DNA from: Macrostomum lignano
Taxonomy: Eukaryota
Direction of reading: 5' to 3'
NCBI GenBank assembly: GCA_002269645.1
Contig: NIVC01001868.1
Location: forward strand, 62,001 to 126,000
DNA: 64,000 nt
Shown: piece after piece, positions 25,455 to 37,100 of the stretch
How positions within the stretch are numbered: the first letter of the stretch is position 1
Layout of the letters: the number at the start of each line of letters is the position of its first letter
Position numbers and translations under genes: made by a program
The notes under the pieces: model-generated
Seen by the model: the letters and a program-made list of their open reading frames with translations, nothing else
Database searches by the model: none
What the model was told of the DNA's origin: nothing

Positions 25455-27140
25455 ACCCTCTGGCCCTTTCACCCTCTGGCCCTTTCACCCTCTGACCCTT
25501 TCACCCTCTGGCCCTTTCACCCTCTGACCCTTTCACCCTCTGGCCCTTTCACCCTCTGACCCTTTCACCCTCTGGCCCTTTCACCCTCTGGCGCTTTCAC
25601 CCTCTGGCCCTTTCACCCTCTGACCCTTTCACCCTCTAGCCCTTTCACCCTCTGGCGCTTTCACCCTCTGACCCTTTCACCCTCTGGCGCTTTCACCCTC
25701 TGGCGCTTTCACCCTCTGACCCTTTCACCCTCTGGCCCTTTCACCCTCTGGCCCTTTCACCCTCTGGCGCTTTCACCCTCTGGCCCTTTCACCCTCTGGC
25801 CCTTTTACCCTCTGGCCCTTTTACCCTCTGGCCCTTTCACCCTCTGGCCCTTTCACCCTCTGACCCTTTCACCCTCTGGCCCTTTCACCCTCTGACCCTT
25901 TCACCCTCTGGCCCTTTCACCCTCTGACCCTTTCACCCTCTGGCCCTTTCACCCTCTGGCGCTTTCACCCTCTGGCCCTTTCACCCTCTGACCCTTTCAC
26001 CCTCTAGCCCTTTCACCCTCTGGCGCTTTCACCCTCTGACCCTTTCACCCTCTGGCGCTTTCGCCCTCTGGCCCTTTCACCCTCTGGCGCTTTCACCCTC
26101 TGGCCCTTTCACCCTCTGGCCCTTTTACCCTCTGGCCCTTTTACCCTCTGGCCCTTTCACCCTCTGGCCCTTTCACCCTCTGGCCCTTTTACCCTCTGGC
26201 CCTTTCACCCTCTGGCGCTTTCACCCTCTGGCCCTTTCACCCTCTGGCCCTTTTACCCTCTGGCCCTTTTACCCTCTGGCCCTTTCACCCTCTGGCCCTT
26301 TCACCCTCTGGCCCTTTTACCCTCTGGCCCTTTCACCCTCTGGCGCTTTCACCCTCTGGCCCTTTCACCCTCTGGCCCTTTTACCCTCTGGCCCTTTCAC
26401 CCTCTGGCGCTTTCACCCTCTGGCCCTTTCACCCTCTGGCCATTTTACCCTCTGGCCCTTTTACCCTCTGACCCTTTCACCCTCTGGCGCTTTCACCCTC
26501 TGGCCCTTTCACCCTCTGGCCATTTTACCCTCTGGCCCTTTTACCCTCTGACCCTTTCACCCTCTGGCCCTTTCACCCTCTGGCCCTTTCACCCTCTGGC
26601 GCTTTCGCCCTCTGGCCCTTTCACCCTCTGGCCCTTTCATCCTCTGGCGCTTTCACCCTCTGGCCCTTTCACCCTCTGGCCCTTTCACCCTCTGGCCCTT
26701 TTACCCTCTGACCCTTTCACCCTCTGGCCCTTTCACCCTCTGGCCCTTTCACCCTCTGGCCCTTTCACCCTCTGGCCCTTTCACCCTCTGGCCCTTTCAC
26801 CCTCTGGCCCTTTCACCCTCTGGCGCTTTCACCCTCTGGCCCTTTTACCCTCTGGCCCTTTTACCCTCTGGCCCTTTTACCCTCTGGCCATTTCACCCTC
26901 TGGCCCTTTTACCCTCTGGTCTTTTCACCCTCTGGCGCTTTCACCCTCTGGCCCTTTTACCCTCTGGCCCTTTTACACTCTGGCCCTTTCACCCTCTGGC
27001 CCTTTCACCCTCTGGCGCTTTCACCCTCTGGCCCTTTCACCCTCTGGCCCTTTTACCCTCTGGCCCTTTTACCCTCTGGCCCTTTCACCCTCTGACGCTT
27101 TCACCCTCTGACCCTTTCACCCTCTGGCCCTTTCACCTTT
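25455..27140. repeat. 16-bp pyrimidine-rich minisatellite (CACCCTCTGGCCCTTT), ~105 copies
   Basis: Read directly from the sequence; strong strand asymmetry. Confidence 0.97.
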
Positions 27141-27877
27141 TCACAATTGATGTCAGGAGTTACAGAAAAATTTGCATACAAGCCGTGTAATCGCACAGTC
27201 ATTAAGCTTGTTGATTGGTTGCGTAAACTGAACCTTACACACCGCTCTCGTTATCCTTGTTACCTGTTAGCTAAGCATAATTACATACATTGAAAAAATA
27301 ATTCTTGTATTACTCCCTAGCCGATGACACTGCACTCGGCCATAGACAATAAAGTCAATCCAAGCTGCAGTCTCCCACAGACTTACTGCAGGCCAAGCCA
27401 GCTGTTGAAGGCTCTGCTCTCCGATTAAAAGACGAATAAAGTAGAGAATTTCAAATTGATTTATTTAATGGAATTTTTTATCAGCTTGGTTTGGTAACTT
27501 AACGCATACGAAACTTATAAATTGCAAGTTCATTTTACGTTTAAACCTAGAGTAATTAGCTGCACAACTGAAAATACCGTGATTAGGCTAATTAGAAGTT
27601 TTATTTTAATTAACTTTCCTGCCAAAGAAATTGTTCGACACGCGATGTGGGGCCTATTATAAATCAGGCCCCAGTCGCTGGGGGGATTATGGAAAATAAT
27701 TTGGTTTCCCAAGTGCATTCGAAGCAAGTCAAATGGCTTCTGAATGGCCATGTGGAATTTTAGGATTTGCCTGAGTACCGCAGGCGCAACACCATGTTCT
27801 GTATTCCACTCTAAAACTCCAAGACTTCAAACTCCACTTACGCCAAAAAGGCTCGTATAATGGTCCGCTCATTTTTC

Positions 27878-28040
27878 GGGAATGGGCTTGTCTATGGCCA
27901 CACTCAAGTATCACTGGACCATTATCTGGAAAATGGGCTTGCTGTCAGGACCATTATATAGATAATGGGCTTGTCTATGGCCACACTCAAGTATCACTGG
28001 ACCATTATCTGGAAAATGGGCTTGCTGTCAGGACCATTAT
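27878..28040. repeat. Two-copy tandem duplication of ~83 bp
   Basis: AATGGGCTTGTCTATGGCCACACTCAAG...CATTATATAGAT occurs twice. Confidence 0.85.
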
Positions 28041-28829
28041 ATAGATAATGGGCTTGTTGGCATATATGATGCAATGGTCCGTAAGAAGCGTAAAGCAAGT
28101 GCCTTCAGAAGGCAAACATGTATTCAATAGCTCGTACAAAATAGCAAATAACAGTTTTATCAATTAGCTTCAAGCAAGGTTCATCGAATTTTTTACTACA
28201 ATCACTTGAACAACACCACAACCCTCTCACCGACAATCTCCACCTTGTCGACAGTTGTTTGTTTTTCTTAGCATGTGGTACAGTTTCCTGACCTGTCGAT
28301 CCAAGAGGTTTAACGCGAACGTCAATCTGTTGAGAGCTGGAAACAACCAGAGACAAAACAGTTCACCCTCTGAAGGAAAGTGCCATCACTGAGGAGTCTC
28401 AGCCATAAGTCGAGCCTGGGAACGAGATGCCTTTGTCTTCAATGTCGTCCAGATGTCGTTGTAGATCTTCAGCCGTCAGTATTATTACCAAGCGGTCTCG
28501 TAGGTGTGTCATCGTTATTGACTCTTGTCGCATCTTGAGCTGGCTCCATATCCATAAATAATTGGTCGAACGACAAATCGACTCGACTTCGCACGAGTTG
28601 AAACGTGGTTAAAGCCTGCTCCAGCTAGTCAGCTTGTGTGCCTTAAGTAATTTTCCAATACTGTATACATTTGTTTATGGCATTTGAAATTTTGCTAATC
28701 GTCCTGCTCATTGAAATCCATGCAGTTTGGCGTAAGTGAAGTTTACATACATGTACTATAATAGCACCATCACTTCAGTCATGTTTAGCTGTTTATGTCA
28801 ATTAAATTGTAGGGATATCTATTTAATTA

Positions 28830-29500
28830 AGCTAATTGTCAGCAATGTCTGACTGTCAGTGGTAGATAATTGTCAGGCAATATCTGACCGTCAGTGGTAG
28901 ATAATTGTCAGCAATGTCTGACTGTCAGTGGTAGATAATTGTCAGCAATGTCTGACTGTCAGTGGTAGATAATTGTCAGCAATGTCTGACTGTCAGTGGT
29001 AGATAATTGTCAGGCAATATCTGACCGTCAGTGGTAGATAATTGTCAGCAATGTCTGACTGTCAGTGGTAGATAATTGTCAGCAATGTCTGACTGTCAGT
29101 GGTAGATAATTGTCAGCAATGTCTGACTGTCAGTGGTAGATAATTGTCAGCAATGTCTGACTGTCAGTGGTAGATAATTGTCAGCAATGTCTGACTGTCA
29201 GTGGTAGATAATTGTCAGGCAATATCTGACCGTCAGTGGTAGATAATTGTCAGCAATGTCTGACTGTCAGTGGTAGATAATTGTCAGCAATGTCTGACTG
29301 TCAGTGGTAGATAATTGTCAGCAATGTCTGACTGTCAGTGGTAGATAATTGTTAGCAATGTCTGACTGTCAGTGGTAGATAATTGTCAGCAATGTCTGAC
29401 TGTCAGTGATAGCTAATTGTCAGGCAATATCTGACCGTCAGATAATTGTCAGCAATATCTGACCGTCAGTGGTAGATAATTGTCAGGCAATATCTGACTC
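28830..29500. repeat. 34-bp minisatellite (AATTGTCAGCAATGTCTGACTGTCAGTGGTAGAT)
   Basis: About 19 copies. Confidence 0.95.
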
Positions 29501-30065
29501 AGTGGCATGCAATTTAGCAAGAACGATAGCACCAGATCTCTGGTTACTATTTAGTTAATCCCCAGTGGAGTCGTGACAAAACCGCCCAGTGCAGCACGAT
29601 TATTCCCTTTGTCTCCAGGCGGCCGAATTATCAAGTTTCTGATCTCTTTTATGTCACAAAGCAGTGCATGCGCAAGAAGCAAACACGACCCGATCTGTGC
29701 GCAAACTGCTCCTGTTTGTCGAAAATTTGAGTGAATAATTTTGGAAATTTTTGTACCCAAAAATAAGCTACGACAGTGACAGCTAGTTAACTATTCGCCT
29801 CTGGTAAGGTGAAGGCCGCATAGGATCCCGGATCAACTTGAGTGCTGCAGATGCGGATCAACTTAATGCCTATGGATTATTGCAAGCTGCAAGCTTCATC
29901 ATACGAGACTTAAAAGAACGGCTCGCTTCCCTTGCACGAATAGGAGTGAGAATACGAGTACCGGATTAATGAGCGTTAGCAACCAAGGATTACTACATCA
30001 GACTCTCAGATAATCGTTTTGGAATGTGCATTGATCTGCTTGGTTGCTACCCAGCTATATATTAG

Positions 30066-31048
30066 GAGCCTGTCGACGACTCATGAAGATCTTTGATCTC
30101 ATCTTATGAGCCTGCCTACTCATGAAGAGCTTTGATCTCATCTCATGAGCCTGCCTACTCATGAAGAGCTTTGATCTCATCTCATGAGCCTGCCTACTCA
30201 TGAAGAGCTTTGATCTCATCTCATGAGCCTTCCTACTCATGAAGATCTTTGATCCCATCTCATGAGCCTGCCTACTCATGAAGAGCTTTGATCTCATCTC
30301 ATGAGCCTGCCTACTCATGAAGATCTTTGATCTCATCTCATGAGCCTGCCTACTCATGAAGATCTTTGATCTCATCTCATGAGCCTGCCTACTCATGAAG
30401 ATCTTTGATCTCATCTCATGAGCCTGCCTACTCATGAAGATCTTTGATCTCATCTCATGAGCCTGCCTACTCATGAAGATCTTTGATCTCATCTCATGAG
30501 CCTGCCTACTCATGAAGAGCTTTGATCTCATCTCATGAGCCTGCCTACTCATGAAGATCTTTGATCTCATCTCATGAGCCTGCCTACTCATGAAGAGCTT
30601 TGATCTCATCTTATGAGCCTGCCTACTCATGAAGATCTTGGAGTCAGAACGCAGAGCTTGTGAACTTTGAACTTGTCATTAGGCTTTGAGCTTATTTGCA
30701 AGGTTAACCTTTCGAACCCCGCTTTAGGAATTTAAAGATTGCAGTCTCCATAAACCATTAAAAAGACACAAAGGCGCGTGCCTGAACATTATTTGTTAAC
30801 ACTTATCTAACACATGAAAGCATATATTTGAATGTAGGAATCTTAAAATTCATTCCAATTTGGTACGGGAATTGAAGGCGGCGCATGACAGGCTTGAAAT
30901 GGATAGATGAATTCTCTGAACAAAAAGATGTTGAGTAACAAAAATACTGTTTGACCTGGATGGGATCTGCGGGATAGACTCGAGATAGACCTCTACAATG
31001 AGATCAAATTTTCTACTTCAAATGCTGAAAAAAAATATCTGCGACCAA
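30066..31048. repeat. Direct-repeat copy 1: 33-bp array (~17 copies) plus ~410 bp unique segment
   Basis: 30640-31048 matches 33656-34059 with a few substitutions and indels; both are preceded by the CTCATGAAGAGCTTTGATCTCATCTCATGAGCCTGCCTA-type array. Confidence 0.93.
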
Positions 31049-32213
31049 CGGCACTCGAGCGGTGATCCCCGCATCCCTGAGGGAGAAGACGCTGCAGCTG
31101 GCACACTTCGGACACCTCGGCGTGAGCAGAATGAAGCAGCACTGTCGGGACGCCGTCTGGTGGCCGCAAATCGACCAGCACATTGAGGAGTTCGTGCGGC
31201 ACTGTGAGGCCTGTCTGCTAAGCGAGAAGAATTTCAAGCCATCCAAGACGGTTCTGACCCCGACAAAGTGGCCGACGCGTCCATGGGAGGAGCTTCAGCT
31301 AGACATCTTTGGGGAGCTGCACTCGGCTCCGAACTCCTGCCGCTTCATCCTGGTGCTGTACGACTTGCACTCAAAGTGGCCGGAGGCTGCCTGCATGTCA
31401 ACCATCACAAGCGCTGATGTCATCGACGCCTTGACAACGTGGTTTAGTCGTTGGGGGCTGCCGAAGAGTATCAACACAGATGGAGGGCCTCAGTTCGTGT
31501 CCGGTGATTTCGAGGATTTTCTCCGGCGCTGTGGCATCCAGCATCGGCAGTCGCCGCACTACCACCCTCAGGGCAACGCGGCGGTGGAGCGTTTCAACCG
31601 GTTTCTCAAGGACGGCCTCAAGACGCACTTGGAGGAGGGCTATGACTTTAAGGACGCGGTGAAGGCACTGCTGTGGTCGTACAGAGCCACCCCGCATGCA
31701 CTGACTGGAGTTTCGCCGGCGGAGCTGATGACAGGCCGGAAGATCAGCACTCCCCTGACAGCCCTACAGCCAAGGACGGCAGCGCGGCACAGACTGGCGG
31801 CCGGCATCAAGCGGAAACAGCAGCGAGTTTTCAACCAGCTCAACTCGACCAGGAGACCCCCGCCGACTTTCATGGTCGGCGACTGGGTGCGGGTGAAGCG
31901 GCCGTTCGCCCGGGGCAAGCTAAGCAGCCGCCTGTCCGAGCCTCGTGAGATCTCCCGGATCGCGAGCGCCACCACCGTCATCCTCAATGATGGCTCCCGC
32001 TGGCACGTCGACAATTGTGTTCGAGTGCCGCGGCCCGCCGGAGCGCTGCCACACTGGCCCGCGACGGCTTCCAGCGCGGCGGCGATTCCGGCGGAGACGG
32101 CGGCGGAGGCGGCAGAGCCAGCGCGGCCGCAGCAGACAGCCCAGACTGCGGTTCGAGGGAGCACGAGGACGCGAGCGCCTCCACAGTGGTACGGGGAAAT
32201 TGTGACGCATTAA
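31049..32213 (+). mobile_element. Gypsy/Ty3 LTR-retrotransposon fragment: integrase (K02A2.6-like), 5'-truncated
   Basis: HHCC zinc motif (AHFGHLG...CEAC) and DDE core (QLDIFG, INTDGGPQF, GNAAVERFNR), followed by YRATPH..TG.SPAELM.GR. No RT or RNase H upstream; the frame is intact. Confidence 0.93.
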
Positions 32214-32418
32214 CTGATTTATTAGTGACTGCTAACTGACTTTCTCACGAACGATGTGCATTTGAAGCCAAATTAGTTGTTTTCAGACTAATATTGCGAT
32301 TTAATGCTCAGTGAAATACTCAGTGTGATGATCTACTTTTATTCCTTCGATGCTCAGTCATGCGCTTTTATTCCTTGTTCAATATTTCGACGAATTCGGT
32401 TTTCGCGATTCCACTAAT

Positions 32419-32603
32419 CGGAAGGGAAGGTGAATGTTGTGTTGCTACTCAATGTGTGTGTGTAGTTGTGTGTACGTTCGTTGTACATCTGTTAGCTATC
32501 GATCGCATTACAATATATGATATATAAGTGAGAGCGCGTTGAGTTTGAGAGCTTGAGAGTTTCGCCTACAAACTTGCAGACTGGCTGGCTTATTCATTAT
32601 ACA
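32419..32603 (+). mobile_element. Putative polypurine tract and short 3' LTR of the Gypsy fragment
   Basis: CGGAAGGGAAGG (32419-32430) is followed by TGTTGTG at 32435, TATATAAG at 32521 and ...TATACA at 32603 abutting the 33-bp array. Boundaries are inferred. Confidence 0.55.
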
Positions 32604-32605
32604 AA

Positions 32606-34059
32606 ACTCATCTCATGAGCCTGCCTACTCATGAAGATCTTTGATCCCATCTCATGAGCCTGCCTACTCATGAAGATCTTTGATCCCATCTCATGAGCCT
32701 GCCTACTCATGAAGAGCTTTGATCCCATCTCATGAGCCTGCCTACTCATGAAGATCTTTGATCCCATCTCATGAGCCTGCCTACTCATGAAGAGCTTTGA
32801 TCCCATCTCATGAGCCTGCCTACTCATGAAGAGCTTTGATCTCATCTCATGAGCCTGCCTACTCATGAAGATCTTTGATCCCATCTCATGAGCCTGCCTA
32901 CTCATGAAGAGCTTTGATCTCATCTCATGAGCCTGCCTACTCATGAAGAGCTTTGATCTCATCTCATGAGCCTGCCTACTCATGAAGATCTTTGATCTCA
33001 TCTCATGAGCCTGCCTACTCATGAAGAGCTTTGATCCCATCTCATGAGCCTGCCTACTCATGAAGAGCTTTGATCCCATCTCATGAGCCTGCCTACTCAT
33101 GAAGAGCTTTGATCTCATCTCATGAGCCTGCCTACTCATGAAGATCTTTGATCCCATCTCATGAGCCTGCCTACTCATGAAGAGCTTTGATCTCATCTCA
33201 TGAGCCTGCCTACTCATGAAGAGCTTTGATCTCATCTCATGAGCCTGCCTACTCATGAAGATCTTTGATCTCATCTCATGAGCCTGCCTACTCATGAAGA
33301 GCTTTGATCCCATCTCATGAGCCTGCCTACTCATGAAGAGCTTTGATCCCATCTCATGAGCCTGCCTACTCATGAAGAGCTTTGATCTCATCTCATGAGC
33401 CTGCCTACTCATGAAGATCTTTGATCTCATCTCATGAGCCTGCCTACTCATGAAGATCTTTGATCTCATCTCATGAGCCTGCCTACTCATGAAGATCTTT
33501 GATCTCATCTCATGAGCCTGCCTACTCATGAAGATCTTTGATCTCATCTCATGAGCCTGCCTACTCATGAAGATCTTTGATCTCATCTCATGAGCCTGCC
33601 TACTCATGAAGAGCTTTGATCCCATCTCATGAGCCTGCCTACTCATGAAGATCTTGGAGTCAGAACGCAGAGCTTGTGAACTTTGAACTTGTCATTAGGC
33701 TTTGAGCTTATTTGCAAGGTTAACCTTTCGAACCCCGCTTTAGGAATTTAAAGATTGCAGTCTCCATAAACCATTAAAAATACACAAAGGCGCGTGCCTG
33801 AACATTATTTGTTAACACTTATCTAACACATGAAAGCATATATTTGAATGTAGGAATCTTAAAATTCATTCCAATTTTGAATTGAAGGCGAAAGCATGAC
33901 AGGCTTGAAATGGATAGATGAATTCTCTGAACAAAAAGATGTTGAGTAACAAAAATACTGTTTGACCTGGATGGGATCTGCGGGATAGACTCGAGATAGA
34001 CCTCTACAATGAGATCAAATTTTCTACTTCAAATGCTGAAAAAAAATATCTGCGACCAA
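32606..34059. repeat. Direct-repeat copy 2: 33-bp array (~32 copies) plus ~405 bp unique segment (ABHD11 3' flank)
   Basis: See copy 1; identity ends at ...ATATCTGCGACCAA. Confidence 0.93.
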
Positions 34060-34153
34060 GCCCTACTGAGCATTGTGCCAACTTAGCAAAAATTCAGATC
34101 TAAAAGACTACTGTAGGGAATCACTTGCTATCTGCCAAGACAAGGATCAAACA

Positions 34154-37100
34154 TCAAGAGCCACCGGGGGCTGCCGCAGTCTGAGCGCAGTTTCTCAGAA
34201 ATTGAGTCACCTTTGAGCAGAACTCAACAGGCCGGTCCGCGTGCACCCAGTGGCCGGCGCCCTCCACGAATACAATTTCAGAGCGGGGGAACAGGCGCGG
34301 AATGCTGGCGTCCTTGGGGCTGCAGAGTGGGGGATGTCAGCGATAGCTAATTGTCAGTAAAGCTAATTGTCAGTAATAGCTAATTGTCAGTAATAGCTAA
34401 TTGTCAGTGATAGCTATTCAATAAGTGTCAGCGATAGCTAATTGTCAGTAATAGCTAATTGTCAGTGATAGTTATTGATAGCTAATTGTCAGTGATAGCT
34501 AATTGTCAGCGATAGCTAATTGTCAGTGATAGCTAATTGTCAGCGATAGCTAATTGTCAGTAAAAGCTAATTGTCAGCGATAGCTAATTGTCAGCGATAG
34601 CTAATTGTCAGCTAATTGTCAGCGATAGCTAATTGTCAGCAATAGCTAATTGTCAGCAATAGCTAATTGTCAGCAATAGCTATTTGTCAGCGATAGCTAA
34701 TTGTCAGCGATAGCTAATTGTCAGCGATAGCTAATTGTCAGTGATAGCTAATTGTCAGTAATAGCTAATTGTCAGTAATAACTAATTGTCAGTAAAGCTA
34801 ATTGTCAGTGATAGCTATTCAATAAATGTCAGCGATAGCTAATTGTCAGTAATAGCTAATTGTCAGTAATAGCTAATTGTCAGTGATAGCTATTCAATAA
34901 GTGTCAGCGATAGCTAATTGTCAGTAATAGCTAATTGTCAGTGATAGTTATTGATAGCTAGTTGTCAGTGATAGCTAATTGTCAGCGATAGCTAATTGTC
35001 AGTAAAAGCTAATTGTCAGCGATAGCTAATTGTCAGCAATAGCTAATTGTCAGCAATAGCTAATTGTTAGCGATAGCTAATTGTCAGCGATAGCTAATTG
35101 TCAGCTAATTGTCAGCAATAGCTAATTGTCAGCGATAGCTAATTGTCAGCGATAGCTAATTGTCAGCTAATTGTCAGTAAAAGCTAATTGTCAGCGATAG
35201 CTAATTGTCAGCGATAGCTAATTGTCAGCTAATTGTCAGCAATAGCTAATTGTCAGCAATAGCTAATTGTCAGCGATAGCTAATTGTCAGCTAATTGTCA
35301 GCAATAGCTAATTGTCAGCAATAGCTAATTGTCAGCGATAGCTAATTGTCAGCGATAGCTAATTGTCAGCAATAGCTAATTGTCAGCGATAGCTAATTGT
35401 CAGCGATAGCTAATTGTCAGCGATAGCTAATTGTCAGCTAATTGTCAGCGATAGCTAATTGTCAGCAATAGCTAATTGTCAGCAATAGCTAATTGTTAGC
35501 GATAGCTAATTGTCAGCGATAGCTAATTGTCAGCTAATTGTCAGTAAAAGCTAATTGTCAGCAATAGCTAATTGTCAGCGATAGCTAATTGTCAGCGATA
35601 GCTAATTGTCAGGCTAATTGCCAGCGCTATCTATTAGCAGCACTCACTCAATGTAGGGTGACTTTGAGCCGCCAATAAAAACGGTTGGCCCGTCGTAAAC
35701 AGCCTGGCAGCTGTTCAGCTCGGAGCCCATCAGCTCCTCAATATGAGTCAGCAAAGCTGGCAGATTTATTCGCCACCTGAACTTGCCCGGACAATCTGGC
35801 TCCTCCATCAGGTTGGTGAGTAGGAATTCGCGGATCGCCTTTTCCTGAAATTGATCAGTTTTCAGCAACAGTGTACTTTTGTAATAGTAGAAAAACTAAT
35901 AAGATGACGAAGCATTTGTTATTTATAATACAGTCATAGTGACACTAGCTGTTTACCCAGCTAATACAATGCAAATATCTTACAGGCACTTCGGCGGCCA
36001 GAAACTCAGAATAGGCCTTCTTAGTGCCGGCCAAAGACGGGTCAGGCGGCCGGCTCAGGTCCAGGCTGAGCATCAACTCCATGATGCTGCGAAACCAGCC
36101 CGGCTTGGAGCCGCTGGGCTGCGGCGAGGCGTCCACAACAATTAGCGACCGCACCAGCTGCGGCTGCGGCAGGCAGGAATAGATCTCAGTCTGATATTAG
36201 ATTCCCATCTGATCTCACCCTGACTCTAATCTAATCTCACCCTGACTCTAATCTGATCTCACCCTGACTCCAATCTGATCTCACCCTGACTCCAATCCGA
36301 TCTCACCCTGACTCTAATCTGATCTCACCCTGACTCCAATCTGGTCTCACCCTGACTCCAATCTGATCTCACCCTGACCCTAATCTAATCTCACCCTGAA
36401 TCTAATCTGATCTCACCCTGACCCCAATCTGATCTCAGCTTGAATCCAATCTGATCTCAGCCTGACTCCAATCTAATCTCACCCTGACTCCAATCTGGTC
36501 TCACCCTCCCATTAGATTCTAACTCTTGGCTACTTTTATCTCTCTCCACCCCTGATCCCTGCCTGCCCCTCTCTAACACTCCCACAAGCTCACATGCAGC
36601 AGCGCAGTCCTCATGGCCACCTTGCCGCCCAAGCTGTGGCCGAGCAGGTGCACAGGCGTGGCATCCAGCTGCTGCTCAATAAACTGCCTGACATCGCCAA
36701 CCATAGCCGTCATGCTCATATCCTGATGATGCGGACTATCGCCATGGTTACGCAGATCGGCGCAAATTATTGGCGAATGATTTCTGGCCAGAGATTTGGC
36801 CACAGAGCGCCAGTTGCGGGCCATGCCGAACAGGCCGTGCAGGACGAGCAGCGGCGGCTGCGCGGCCAGGCGCGGGTTGGAGACTGCGGTGTGGGCCAGG
36901 CGCACACTGGGGGGGGGGGGGTGGCAGGCGGGTTGGAGACTGCGGTGTGGGCCAGGCGCACACTGGGGGGTGGCAGGCGGGTTGGAGACTGCGGTGTGGG
37001 CCGGGCGCACACTGGGGGGTGGCAGGCGGGTTGGAGACTGCGGTGTGGGCCAGGCGCACACTGGGGAGGGGGTGGCAGGCGGGTTGGAGACTGCGGTGTG

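Noticed and set aside
27530-28620. Short ORFs as transposon or gene remnants
   Set aside because: No recognisable motifs, and there are stops in all frames.
30055-33646. MSRQAHEMRSKIF repeat proteins on the - strand
   Set aside because: A 33-bp unit that is stop-free in one frame only; no non-repeat coding flanks or splice sites link it to a gene.
30640-34059. Direct repeats as the LTR pair of the Gypsy element
   Set aside because: They lack TG..CA ends and a PBS, the integrase is cut mid-protein at the junction, and a separate PPT plus LTR-like segment lies at 32419-32603.
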